From Trichinella spiralis (taxonomy: Eukaryota), in the NCBI RefSeq assembly GCF_000181795.1, contig NW_003526941.1, forward strand, positions 6,986,812-7,050,811: 64,000 nt of DNA. The letters run 5' to 3'. Below are positions 36,101 to 50,900 of the stretch, piece by piece; position 1 is the stretch's first letter, and each line of letters opens with the position of its first letter. A model generated the notes under the pieces. That model had not been told where the DNA came from, did no database searches, and was given only the letters and a program-made list of their open reading frames with translations. The position numbers were made by a program, and so were the translations under genes.

Positions 36101-39100
36101 TCAACCGTATTTCAACTATCAATTTTGAAATTCAAATTTTTATTGCTTTCTACAAGCGTCGGCGAAATGAATTGGAAAATTCATGCGTCGAGCGGCGACA
36201 TGAAGGATGTGCCGATCTGAAGTGAAGCGTTAATTAATGATAGCCTGACTTGACTTTTGACAGGGAAAAATCCAGCCAAATGCTTTTCACTTTCTCCACT
36301 TGCTTTCGCACCTGCTTGCACGTTGTCGGGTGATTTAATGCCGCAGTTGAATTTCAAAATTGAACAATAATTTTACTGGAAGCAAAATTCCCATTTCCAC
36401 TATTCTACTAATATTCCACATGCAAACTTTGTTCGAATTTTCACCTCCAGGCATTGAGAAGGGGGTATAGAAGGAGTTCATCGGCAAGTATACGGTCGCT
36501 CGAGTATACGATGAACAAAAAGCTGGTGATGTTTTTCACCAGAAAGGAGGAAGACATTAAAACGGGTCTGAATTGGGGTCGAAAGTAAATTTGTTCACCG
36601 TCTCAAAGCGACACTGACTTCCATTGTTCTTTTATTTGCTGTTGCTTCTTGTTGATTTCATCCACGACGATGAGTTTTCATCATCGGCAAATGTCTCACC
36701 TCGAGTCGATCTGTTTTCTGTTCGTGAATTTCATTTATCAGCCGTCAAATAGTCGCTTTATCATTCTGAACTGAAAACTACAAAACCAGGAAATATTAAA
36801 GCATATATTGTTATCATCATCATCAGAATTAAATAATAATATGCAAATTGGAATCTTTCGTGCAGATTGCTTTTTGCTTATTTCAGTGTCTTTTATTCTT
36901 TTATATACAGCAAATATATATATATATATATATGTTCCAAAAGAAATAATAAAGAAAGCAAATGTAAACTGGGGTAAACATAATTAGCATAAAGAAGACC
37001 TAGAGCAATTTAAATTTATGATAATAACGACTTCTGCTGAATTTGCAATGTTTTTCAATCTCTTCTGATGCATTTGACAAGTGATGCGATCAGCGTTGAA
37101 CATTTTTTAATCAAATTATTATTTATTTATTTGTTTATTTATCATACAGTGAAATGTATAGAATGATTTATTTGTAGTGGAAGATTATGGAAATTATTGA
37201 TTTACTTTTTCACTTAAGGAAACTTATTGCATAAAAAAAATTGACATTGAAAATTCTTTTCCAAAGCAGACAACATCTACTCTTTGATATGTTAGTTTAT
37301 TTTTTTATATTTTATGTAATGAAGTGTTAATTTTATGCATTTTTTTTCTTCAGCTTCTAATAAAGCTTTTTGAAAAAAAGAAACAGAATAAGGAGTCCGT
37401 TTAGTAGAAATGTCGGGCTAATAGTAAATAAATGATAAAAAAAATGAAAATGGCTTTTCACAAAGATTTCACTAATAACACTTTTCGCAGATTTTCAAAT
37501 AAGCAGCTTTGTTTTGATGAATGCATTATGCATTTGGCTAATGGAAAAACTGGTTTCATAATTTTTTTGTTTTCACTCCATTTTGGGACAATTTCCCTTC
37601 CTAGTGTGCGTTCAGGTTTTCTCTTCCGTATTTAGATGAATAAAAAATATTTAATTTTATAATTTTTTTCCTTCACAATCTGTTTTGAATTTGCAATTGG
37701 TTACTGCTTATTCTTCAGTTTGTCAATTCAAAGTGGAAAACAAGATAAAAATCTACGGAAAATTACAATCCTTTAGCTTTAGTGTATAGCTTTAAATTTA
37801 TGCATGCTGCATTTCTGTCGAAGATTTAATTTCATAATTTGGATTATTGCTGGCTGTGAGCAAAACTTATTATTCTATCTCGAAAGCTGCCCCACCATAC
37901 GTTTATGAAAAATGTATACTATAATGTAAGTAAGTATTGTTGTTGTGAGTGATTTTGACGCTGATATTGCGCCCAGGTTGAACGCTATTTTTCGGCATCA
38001 CTTTTCAGAACATTGTTCGAAATCAAAAAGTAGAGCTGCCATAATAAGCATAATTGATAAAACAGGAACTGCTGCTGTATTAGTTTGAAAATTTAGCCAC
38101 CCTTTTTCATAGATGCGCAATTAAAAAATCATTTAGATTATCCGTCAATAGCTGAAAAATTGGAAATGTTCGTTGCTTTTACTTTGTGAATTTTAAATTC
38201 CATCCAGTTCGTTTTTCGACTAATTTTGCTTGTTTTTACGAACACTTTATTTGCGCCTTTGTAATTTTGACGATTGATTTGCTTGGACGTCGCTCCATCA
38301 GACCGAAGTGGAAATTCGCACCACGGAAGAGACAAGTGACGCTAATTGTTGCTGCGTCTGTTTCAGACAGCTTTCTATGAAGTTTACTGTAGCTTGGTGG
38401 GGAGAAGCTGACATGGGAAGCAATTAGCGCGAGCACGCTCTGCAAGAGGTAAATCTACCGAGAAAGCAATTTCGAACGCACTGTTGAACATAGCCTACTG
38501 GACATCCGGATTGTCGTGTAAGGCTTGCCCAACCGGTTTACCCGGTTAGAATAAATGTGTACAGTACACTGTGGACTCTATTGCTTATAATTCAGCAGTG
38601 TAAACTCGTAAAAATCTTTACGAATAGAGTGTATAAAATCACAGAACGCAAACACTTATCCAGCTGGCTTTTAGATGGAATCGCGTGCTGTATCTAATTT
38701 CTCACCTTAACAAGCTTCTTTCCTAAACATTTTTCCCCGAAAGGTTTAATATCTGATTAGGAAATGGGCAGTTGAAAGCTTGTAAGCACGCATGAGTTTT
38801 CAAGCTCAATTTTCGTAACGGCACTTTTAACGTCACCCACTGCAGGAGGCCTATTTCCTGTTTCAATTTTGCACTGATTGAATTTCTATTTCAATTGTAC
38901 ACTTGAAAATAAGCGAAATATGCGCAAATGTCTATTTCATTTGTTATATAATTGATTTGTTTTCAGTTTTGGCATTTCAGTTTCAATGAAAAGGAATGAA
39001 GAAAATTTTCAAAATATTTATCAAAACAATACTCATATTTCTAATTTACTTGACTTGAGTAGTTTAGCATTCAACGAGCGAAACATTACAAATTAATTAA

Positions 39101-42100
39101 GTTGAATTTATTGTATTTGTAAAATATTTGCCGCATTCGATATGCAATAGCAGTATTTGAATATAGAATGTCAGACATCGTTTATACGTGCCTTTCTGTG
39201 CCTTTTTGTGTGTGGTCTTGCTTATGCCTGTCATAGATGTTGAATTCAAATAGGCAGCAATCTGCAACAAACAGCAGCAATTAACAGTTTGGGAATAAAA
39301 TTTCCAAATGTCATAAATAAAAAGGTATTTATCATTGGCAAAAAGAAAAGTCACTTTCTGCTGGTTTAATTTTATCCTACTTGTCATAAAAATATTGTAA
39401 ACATTGTCAGATGCTGTCTGCAGCTTTTTTCAAGCATAACATTAGTATTTATGCAATTGATTTTTTGGTTTGTTACTTCTTCCAAACAAATGGCGGCGTA
39501 TAAAAGCGCCGCTGTACGACTGCTATTTTTCCGATTCTACTACGAAACAGAAGCGAAATGTTGTCCATCGCTTCAGCTGGTAAATGTCAGTTGTCAAAGC
39601 ACTCAGTTGAGAGAGTGTTTCAAGTATTTCAATGCTTTAGGGCAGCCATTCGGGCGGCGCTGTGAATTTTCCGAACAATTTTCTGTGGAAAAATTTTACA
39701 ATTTGAAATTTAACAATTTTGCTTCAGTATTAATGACAAGCGACACGACGATGTAGGTTTTGAATTGCAATTCATGTCAAAGAAGGGAAAAGTAGCTTTG
39801 ATCTAGTGACGTTTCCAGGCAGAGGATTAAGCCGGAAACTAGCTGAACAGGAGCGAGGGCGCTTTGCCGGACGCGATGTGAATGGCAATGCTTGGCGACC
39901 ACTTCTCTGGCTGCGCTCCATTCAAGCGACCCTTTGGAACGGCATGAAAAGAAACAATGCACTGTAATGATTGGCACTGTTTGATCGACAATGGACAGCA
40001 AGTGCTGCCATTATGTTGTGTAGAATCGCAAACGCGGGCATTTTCAAAAGAAAATGTTCCAAAGAGGCTCGGCAATAAGCAATAATAGACAGAACGCCCC
40101 GGTGGAGGAGGGAAAATGGGCAACCGGCGTGCACGACGCCAATAGAAGCGCATATTGGCAATGCGTTTGTATTCACTAGATGACAACGGCAACCACGACC
40201 GCCGCCTTTCTGCTTCCCTTCAATAGAAACAGCAGTGAAATAAAAGTCCTCTTTATGCCATTGCTTATCTCTTTCACTTGCTTTTCAACTCCTCTCGTTC
40301 GAGCCCTTTTCATTTTGTCAAAGCGGCCGTGGCGCACGGTTGCTCCAGCCCAGCACTTTTCATTTATTCTTTTTTCCCCCCTCTGCACCGCATACATCAT
40401 TTTGCCTAGCTTTTTACGAACGTTTCTTACGTGACCAATTTTTTTGTCGAATTTGAAATCTTTTTCCAATTACTGCTGGTAAGCAACTTGCTCTCTGTCT
40501 TGTACAAAAAAACGTGAATGGGGAATTTGTTTCTAATAGAAAGCATCCGCTTTATTGATGCATTATGCAAATTTTCAATGAAACTGAGGTTAAGATTATG
40601 CATATTTATCGAGGATATGATATGTTATCGTGCACTAGCCATTTTTATCGTAATAAAGACTAGCAGGTGAACATTGAAATAGGGAGTTGCATGCCCGGAG
40701 ACTAGTTTTCCGTCGATTAAGCAAGTGCTTTGACAATTGGCTTTTTTCAACCGGAGGCAGCGTTTCCACAGAAGAGCGGTTGTTGTTGTTGTTGCTGCTG
40801 CTGCTGTTGCTACTGTTATTGTGGTTGTTGTCACAATACCGGTTTTTCTTCAGTGTACTGTATTTTCTAGCTAACAAATCTCTGACTGGTAAAGAGAGAA
40901 AGAAATAAACGAAACAAGGTTTTCATTTTTACTCTGAATATGAACATTTTCAAACCGACTCCAATTTTTGTATGCTTCAAGTTGCTCTCAAATAATTTCA
41001 CTTTTTTTCATTTGCAAAATGCTCTCACCGCATCATTTTTTATTAATGCGTTGATTTTGTTCTGCCATATTACTAATGAATACTTTGCGTAACAATTTTA
41101 CTTCCAAAGTTCTACAAAGCTGCCTGAGAAATAAATCAATATTACTCAATGAAAATAGATTGGGCGTAGTAAAAATGATAATTGTTCGATATATTTTAAC
41201 ATCATTTTTCACTGTAAATTTGACTATTATATTTTCGAATTATTCCTCTAATTTCTAAAATTACAGTTCACCATTGTAGACGTGTGATTTCAAACAAAAA
41301 TACAGTTTATTTATTTTACAAAATTTTCGTTACATTTTATTATAACGAACGCATCCGTCCGTAAGCGAACAAACAGGCATGTATCTTTAACTTGAGCAAA
41401 CAAAGAAAGTTATTGTCAAGTTGGCAGTTAATAACTGTCTAAAACTGAAATATTATTTCTGAGATTTTGTAAAACTTAACAACACTAAAAATGGAAAAAA
41501 AACAGGCAGATTGTAAAGTTGCTCCCGTGTAGCAGACATTTTCAAACTAAGATTCACTTGGGCGTCATTAAGTAAGCTTATTTGTAATATTAGCTGAACG
41601 ATGAAGTCGGGTGAAATTTGCAATCGATTAGTTTTCCATGGCTGTTCAAGCCGGGTGTTATTCTAAGTAAGAAGCGGCGGCATAAAATCAGGCAACGCTT
41701 CAAAACATATGAACAACAGAAAATGCGCAGTCTGGGACTAACGCGTCATAATTTTTGCTTTTTATAATATATATATATATACCCTTGCTTTCACTTTCAA
41801 AGTGGACGTCAGAACCAGTAGCCCTTTAAAAAAGAAATCATGTCAACCTTTCGTAAATCAATCTTGAAAACCTTTTTAGTGTTGTTAGCTGCTGGATGAA
41901 TCAGCAGGGTCACTTTAGTTTTTTTTTAATCTAGTTTCATTTCAGGGGAAAAGTTTTACGTAAAATGACTTGCTTTATGTGATGTAGTAGATCACACAGC
42001 TTTAATTTTGGCTGCTGAGTTTAAAAATTTTTACTGAAGCGTACGATGAATAATTAATTGGCAGAATTATTACAAGTTGGAATGATTTAGTTTTGTTAAG

Positions 42101-44345
42101 TTGATAAGTTATTCAAAATTGTAATTAATTTCATCGTTTTTGCTGTAAGTTGTTGTGTAGTTTTCATTGAAGAAGCTCATATTTTTATAACCTACAATTC
42201 TTTTTTAACTGCAAATATTAAAAATTATTTTAGACGAAAGAAGTTATCCGCTACCAGTAATAAATGACTGTTATTTTTGCCGACTATACTGTTTCACTTT
42301 GTTTCATCAAAATTTTAATTAATGACAACGTTTCATTATGATGAAGGCTTAATTAATTCAAATTCATCGCATTATAAAATGCAAAGCAAATTAAACTGTA
42401 ATTTAAATAAAAACGAATTGGATTGTTATTTCAAATTTGAGGTATCATTTTTTGTAAAGTTTAGTCGATTAGAGGTTCTTGTGTTTAGAAGTTACGTACT
42501 TATGATTAAATTGCTTCTTCTTATTTTGCTGTGTTCTTGACACAAATTTGTGTTTCGTTTTGTGCAAAAATGGCGCTTGTTTAATAGTTTATACTGAAAT
42601 TTTATATTTTGGATATTCAAACGTTTTACAGCCAACATCACTAATACTTGTTACTAATTCTTGGTGCATTTATATAGCACTTAGTGTTACATATATATGT
42701 GTGTGTGTGTGTGTGTGTGTATTTAAATGTATACTTTTATATCACGTATCCTAGCACGTATACGCTTTTTATAAGATTTAAAACTAATACATCATGCCAT
42801 AATGACGCACACTTTAATATACGTATATATTTAGATTTGCACTATGAAAGTGATGAAATAACCAGGTGTGTCTATGTGTATATGTTTATTTTTATTTAGT
42901 CCATGGACAGTAAACAAGTCCAGTAGCAAAAGGTACTATCGTTGCTTCTGTAACCATAGCAGTTTTGCTTTACTGAACGCAGTCGTGTTTGCTTGTCGCG
43001 GCAATGAATGTATCACCATCGTTTAACAAATGTCAACATCACATATAGTGTACTGTAGCATGGAAGAAATAGTTCTTCCAAGGGCGGGGCTTGTATTACG
43101 GTTGAGCAGGTGCTAATAACAATCACCTACAAATATTGTTGCTCTGATTTGTAGTTTTCTTCAAAATTAATTTTACTATGATCATTTGGGGTTGTAGAAT
43201 TTTTTATATTATAGCAGTTACGTAATGATGACATGAACTCACTGAGCAAAAGATCACTCACGATTTTCATTTGACGAATAAAAGTTTTGTTCTAATAAAT
43301 AATGTTTTCAACTGAAAATTTTCGAGAACACTTCAAATACGATTTTGAATGATTCTTAAATTTACACATTTTATAAATATTATTCATTTTTTCTTGAGCT
43401 GAATTTGTTTTTTTATTATTATTCGCCTGGCATCTGTATATTTATTTTCGATTATGCTCTTTACAAGAAAGTGACGGCGGATACATTTGCCTTGTATTGT
43501 TTAATCAACTGCACCTTGCTTTTGTTCTGTTCTGCAAAATGTACTGGACTGAATTGTTCTGCTTTACTCGAGAAACACTCTGTTGCACTGTTATTGATAT
43601 TATTATGTGATATAACAGTTCATTCATTTTTTGCTTAATTTTATATAATTTATAAACGTTAAAATTTTAGCCATCTCTTGTAAGTTTCTACAGCAAAATT
43701 TTACGCAAAATAATACTTCTTAATTTTGACTTCCCATACATCGGATAGTTCCATTTATTTAAATATACTGCTTTTGAAGTGCTTCGAGTGAACTGTTTTG
43801 AACTTTTGACTTTAAAAAAAACTACCCGTTTTAACGACTTCATGACAGTGAAATGCATCCTTTATCAAAAAATATTTTCTTCAAAATCTTCACACTATGC
43901 CTTACTGTTATTTTGTTGACTGTAGACAGCTGTAACGTTGCATTTACAAAATTACAATACTGTATACTATTTTCATGTCTTGACGCAGTGGGCAGGCGGA
44001 GCAATTTATTGTTTATCAACATGTGATGAATAATATGAAATTGTTCTTTTTGTTTTTCTCACAGTGATCAATCCAAATCTTAAAAAAATAATAAATCGCT
44101 TTTCATTTCAGTAATTTAGCTATTATTATTTTATTCTTCTTTGCATATGTTGAAATGGATATCAGCGGAATATATATTAATTTACGTAAAATCGTAAAGA
44201 TGGCCCAAAGTTTATGATGATTAATAAATTTTTGTTCACTGGAGATGAATATTAGCATTTTCAGTCAGTTCTTCAAAGCTGATATTTGCATGTAATTTTA
44301 TAAATTATTTTATAAGCATTGAAATCTTGTATGTAAATAGGGTAC

Positions 44346-44380
<35 letters not shown>

Positions 44381-45424
44381 GTATTTTTGTAAATGTATAC
44401 AGTGGAAAACTTGTAATTATTTTTTGCGGCAATTTATCCAAGCAAGAAATTATTTCTCATAAAAATTCTACATTCTACATTTCTACGCATCTTCAACGAC
44501 AAAGTTTTAAATCAATGACAGCTTAGAATGAATAATTTTTCATGAAATGTAATTTTCATCTTTATAAAGGAATGTTTGTGACTGCGTTAAGTGTGCAACA
44601 TTTGAAGTACATTTATCATCAATATTAATAATTATTTCATATCTTAAATTAATTACGTTTGATAAACAGGCCTTCATTTTAGGTTAAAAATGAATTTGCA
44701 TACAAAATCCCTTATCTATCATGAACAATTGGACAAGAAGGATTTATCATTTTTTTTAATGGAAGATGAGGCGGTGAAGCTGTGCAGCTGATAAGATGAT
44801 CTGTCAGTACAGTCAGTTGAATTCTGTTGGAAAAAGACAATTGCAACATTAAAGAGCATTTATGGTATGGTAAGTGAATGTTTAGATGTTTATTGTGTGA
44901 ATTGTTTTGATCTAAGTTTTATTACGATGAGTTTAACTTTTATCCGTACCTGAATTTTATAAGAATATAACAAAGTAGTGTTTTCTTAAATTTTGTTCGT
45001 GACAAGTATAATATAACAAGCAACATATTGCATGATGGCTGTGTGTTTCTTTAAAACCTTCCGTGAAGATAGAACGATGTTTGTCTCCTTGTCAGTCAGC
45101 TTAGGTTAGTTTGGTCAGGTCATAGTTTGGCGTCGAGCGTCTGCCCTTTTGGGCCGATGGGAAGCAATCCCTCGTGGGCGACCCAGTGCATGCTGGACAC
45201 CTGTGAAAAAAGGGCAGTAATTGCTACGCCCTAGATTCACCAGGCTCAATTAAGTTATCATGTGACAATGCGGACGAGCGGGTCAATTAATTTTTTTGCA
45301 TCTACAACGGTGAAGGTATGTTTCTACGCTAGTTGGCAGTGTTCTGTTCTTTTTTTTTATTTTCCTTCATCTTCTCTTGGCCGTTGCCGTGTCGTCGTTG
45401 TCGTCACAGCGTGACAAATGATAG

Positions 45425-45510
45425 CGTTTGATTGGTTACAGGTCGATTAATTCTGATTGGTCATCGTTAGTCGGCGCTCCGCCCCGCCGGCGTGGATTGG
45501 CCAGTGTTAG
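45425..45510 (+). promoter_or_regulatory. Sox proximal promoter: three inverted CCAAT boxes and a GC box
   Basis: GATTGG three times (ATTGG at 45431, 45456, 45496) and CTCCGCCCCGCC at 45477-45488, in a CpG-rich island about 400 bp upstream of the ATG. Confidence 0.6.
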
Positions 45511-45838
45511 CGCGACCCAAGCGGCCAGGCATAGCGAAGCACGAGTGCAGACTATTGTGCTCGGTGGAGTGTCGCGCACGCGCGCTTGTTCTAATACATC
45601 TCCTACCTGTCGGCGGCAATAATAGGTTCCAGTTTACATAAGCGGACCTCTCTGTGACTGGCTTTGTTCACATTCTATCAACTGGACAGCTTTTATCCAA
45701 ATTTGGTTTTCATTTCCTTCAACTGAGCTGTTGCTTGGATTCTGTTTTCTGTCGGGTTTTTATTGGCCTAACAGCTCGTTGACGCGATATTTTGTTATCG
45801 TCGCGCGTCGCATTGTCGTCATCGACTACGCGTGGTGA

Positions 45839-47113
<1,275 letters not shown>

Positions 47114-47694
47114 CTGTTTCGTCCAACTCGCATCTATTTATACATATAAATCCAAATACAATGCTTCTATTATTTTTGAGTCAACAACTACATGCAGTCG
47201 CTTTGGTAAAAAGCTTTACTTTGTTTTCTTGTACAGTTGCGACTGTGTATCATCATACTCTGACTTATTCTACGTTAGTTTTCCTATTTTTTGACCTTTC
47301 TATATTTTTACGTTGTTGTTTCTAGCCTCGTGTTGGCTAAGAAAGAAAGATGGGTCAATGTACACTATTGCCCTCTTTTGCCTCATTTTTTTTCTTTTGG
47401 CTTAAAAATTATAATGATATGCGTTGGAGAATGCGTCACTTTTTAAATCTCATTTTTTAAAATAATAACTATTTTTTTTGCTGTTGCAAGAATTAAATGA
47501 AAAAGTTGATAGATAGCTTGTTTGTCAGTCGTGACGACGACCTCGTAAAGCGCTTCCGGCGGATTTTGGTAATTTTGTACGGGGGCGATTTTTTGTTGTC
47601 CCACTTTCTGCGTTCAAACATACATACTCGTCAGTTGTGTCGGCGTGTTTTGTTTGCTCGGCCAGAAGCAGAAGCCGTACGCTGAGCAAAGGCA

Positions 47695-47980
47695 GTGGTG
47701 AATGAGTGAGTGAGTGGTGAGAAGGTAGGTAGGTAGGTAGGTAGGTAGTGAGGGTGATGATGATGAGGTGAGAGAAATGAGCATGCTTACGCGTGACAAA
47801 CGATGAAGATGACACGATGGTTGTTGTTGTTGTTGACCGGTTTTCACAGCGCTAGCGGCATTCTGGAAAGACTGAGGCAAAATGCATGCATGCATGTGCG
47901 TATGTATTTTTCATTCTCCCTTTCTGTGTGTGTGTGTGTGTGCTCGCGCGCGTTAGCTTCAGCGTTAGCGTTAACATTAG
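47695..47980. repeat. Compound microsatellite patch
   Basis: Adjacent short (GAGT)n, (GGTA)n, (GAT)n, (GTT)n, (ATGC)n, (TG)n and (GCGTTA)n runs. Confidence 0.8.
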
Positions 47981-50900
47981 CTCTCTGACACATGTATGTG
48001 CCACAGTGAGTGATTTTCTCTTCGACGGCTTTCTGCTGCTCTTTAGCGAGCAAATGAGAGGAGACAAGTCAGCTTCAACGGCAGACCGGACCGGTCGACC
48101 ACGGCTTGTCCGTTATTTTGCCGAAACGTAATGCTAAGTGGAAAGGGTGGGGGCGATTTTTTGCGGGGTTAAAAATGGCACTGAGCAGATGGTGGTTAAG
48201 TGACACCTGCGGCGCCTGACGACCGTGAAAGCTTGTAGCGGACGCGACTGCGACCCTGGACACACCTGGCCTGTCGGCTACTCGAGCGGCAAAAAAACCT
48301 ACAACGGCTCATCTGTGAATGCAGCTAGTCCAGGTGACCGCCATTCCGACTTGACCGCTGCAAGTGCCTCAGTGACCTGTCGGCAAAAAATGCCGACCTT
48401 CTGTATTTTTTTTGTTTTCTATGCCATGTATGTTTTTTTCGAAAAAACAACGTTGAAAATAATATACGTATTTTTTTTTGCTGTCGAAATTGCGCTGTCG
48501 GATAGTTCTAGTAGCTTCTTCTAGTTTTACCGGGGAGCGGTAAATATTTGTGGATGCTGCAGCAAATGTTAGTTGAAAGTGTGAAACGCGATGTTTTTTC
48601 CACTTTGCCACACCTTCGTTTAATTCAACTTATTTTTCTACTACAACTACCTACTATTATTTTATTCATTATTGGAATAACCAAACCGATTTTGATCAGT
48701 CAGTATTTTATCATAAATTTACGGCTATGATTGAATATAAACAACTGTTCAAACTAACATTTACATCAAACGTTTTTCGTTATAATAAATAGTAATGTTT
48801 ATTTTTACTTGGTGGTGGTGGTGGTGGTGGTGGTGGTTAACTTGTGCATAGCATAACTCAGTTCTGTTCATTTTCATTCATAGCAGTTTATGGATAGGTG
48901 GGTAATTTTTAACACAAATGACAATGAAACTTCTATTTTAATAAAATTTGTTTTTTATTCATATGAAAATCATGTACGTCTGCGTAAATGGAATACGTTT
49001 TTCCATTTAAATTTACAATGACAATTGTTTGAAGATTTTTATAGCGCTTTTTTATTCATTCAGTTTTACATTCAGTATTGCCGAAGTGCTGCTTCCGCTT
49101 ATATTTTGAAATCAATTTTGTAATATTATATATAATAAGAAAGTCAGTAAATTTTTGCTGGATTTCAGTTTAAAATATCTCTGTTTCATACTTCTTTTAT
49201 TATCAGTATTATCTAGAGGCGTTAATGCTGCGTTTCACTTTTCCAGTATGCACAAAATTTGCATTTCTATTAGTTGACTGTAGACAGTTTCAAATTGCAA
49301 AGGAATTTTTTACAGCAAGCATTCGAACAATCGCAACGTCAACGAAAAAAACAACTTCTTTTTCCTAATTATAAGATGGAATAATTTTTAAAATTTCCAA
49401 TAAATGCCTCTCTGATCGACCATGATTACACATGGCTGGTGGGGTATTTTTGAAGCGTGGATATTTTAAATAAATATTCTGAAACTCTGAAACTTACACA
49501 ACATCTACAACAGAATTGTTTAACAATTATAAGCATTTGACATCAGCAGCTGTTACGTATTTGACTATGCGTCTGTAAATTAGTCTGATAAAACATTTTG
49601 TGTAAAAAAGTATACTGAATTGTCAATATTTTATGTTTTATACCTAGTGTGCATTGCATTTGCCAGCGTCAGTTGAATTTTGATTGATTTTTATCAACAG
49701 AATAAATAATCTTTTGGTCTCGTTGCAATTGCTCCTCAAACTTTCAAAAACTGCACACTGCATTTTCATGTAAATTTCTAAGCTGATTATTTACTTTGAA
49801 CAGATTTTAAAAGTTTCGGAAAAAGAAAACTTTCACTTTAAATAGTGTTTTATCCCAAACCAAGTGCACAGCATGCAACAGCAAGTGTTTGTTTTTCTGT
49901 AGTTTGCTTCCTCTGCTCCCTAAAAGAAAAAAATAAAATAAATAAATAGACACTGGAGAAAATAAGCTATTCGAAAGATGCTTCAGTTCCCTGGAAAGGT
50001 GTGTTCTATTGATTTCGCCAGTCTGACTGAGTAGAGTTGAAAAAAGCATTTGACATGCGGACAATGACAGGAGCTTTATGGTTGGGTGATTTGCTCATTT
50101 CCCACGGCTCGTAACTCCTGGGAGCGTGGTAGGCAAAAAAATTGCAAAAAACTGCATCACTTCAGCTAGACAATACGACCATGACAGCTTTCACAACGTT
50201 TGCTGTGTTACGGTTATGTATGATAAATAGAAGTTATAGAATCGACCTTTAAGCAATTTGTTGCTTGCTAAGTTATACGCAAGTAAACGACGCCAAACTG
50301 TCTGCTACTAGAACTGCTACTGACTGATTCACGGAAAGTTCGTGGGCGTTGTCTAAACAGTGAAGAAGGAAACAAGCATTGACAACAATGTCCGTTTATA
50401 GAATGAATTTCTCTCTTTTTTTTTTTTTTGAAATTTTCATTTCATTTCATCTCAACATTTACATCTCACCAACTTTTTATATTGTTGTTCATTTTTTCCG
50501 AGTTCGTTTTCTCGTATGAGAAAGCATGCTTTCCTTAAACATTTTTGATGCTTCATGTTGTGCAATAAGCAATTTTTTTTTCTTTTCTTCAAGAGAGTTT
50601 CATACTTTTACAATTTTAACATTCCCAGTTGTGTTTAACATCGAAACTTATTCACGGAAACGACGCTTTTATTATTTATTGTATTCGAATAGTTGCAGTT
50701 GTGGGAAAGTAATTTTCTAACTACTGAACAGCGGAAGTCAATGAATAAGTTTTGCTGAAACTTTTTTCTCTTGAATCGTTTTCGTGAAATAAAACGTAGA
50801 TTCTGTGAAAAGTCAAATTTGAACCTGAACGCTTGACGCCGCCCACTTTCTCTGTGTAAAACGTTTTTCTTGTCACTTTAAAATATCTTTCAAAAGGCTT

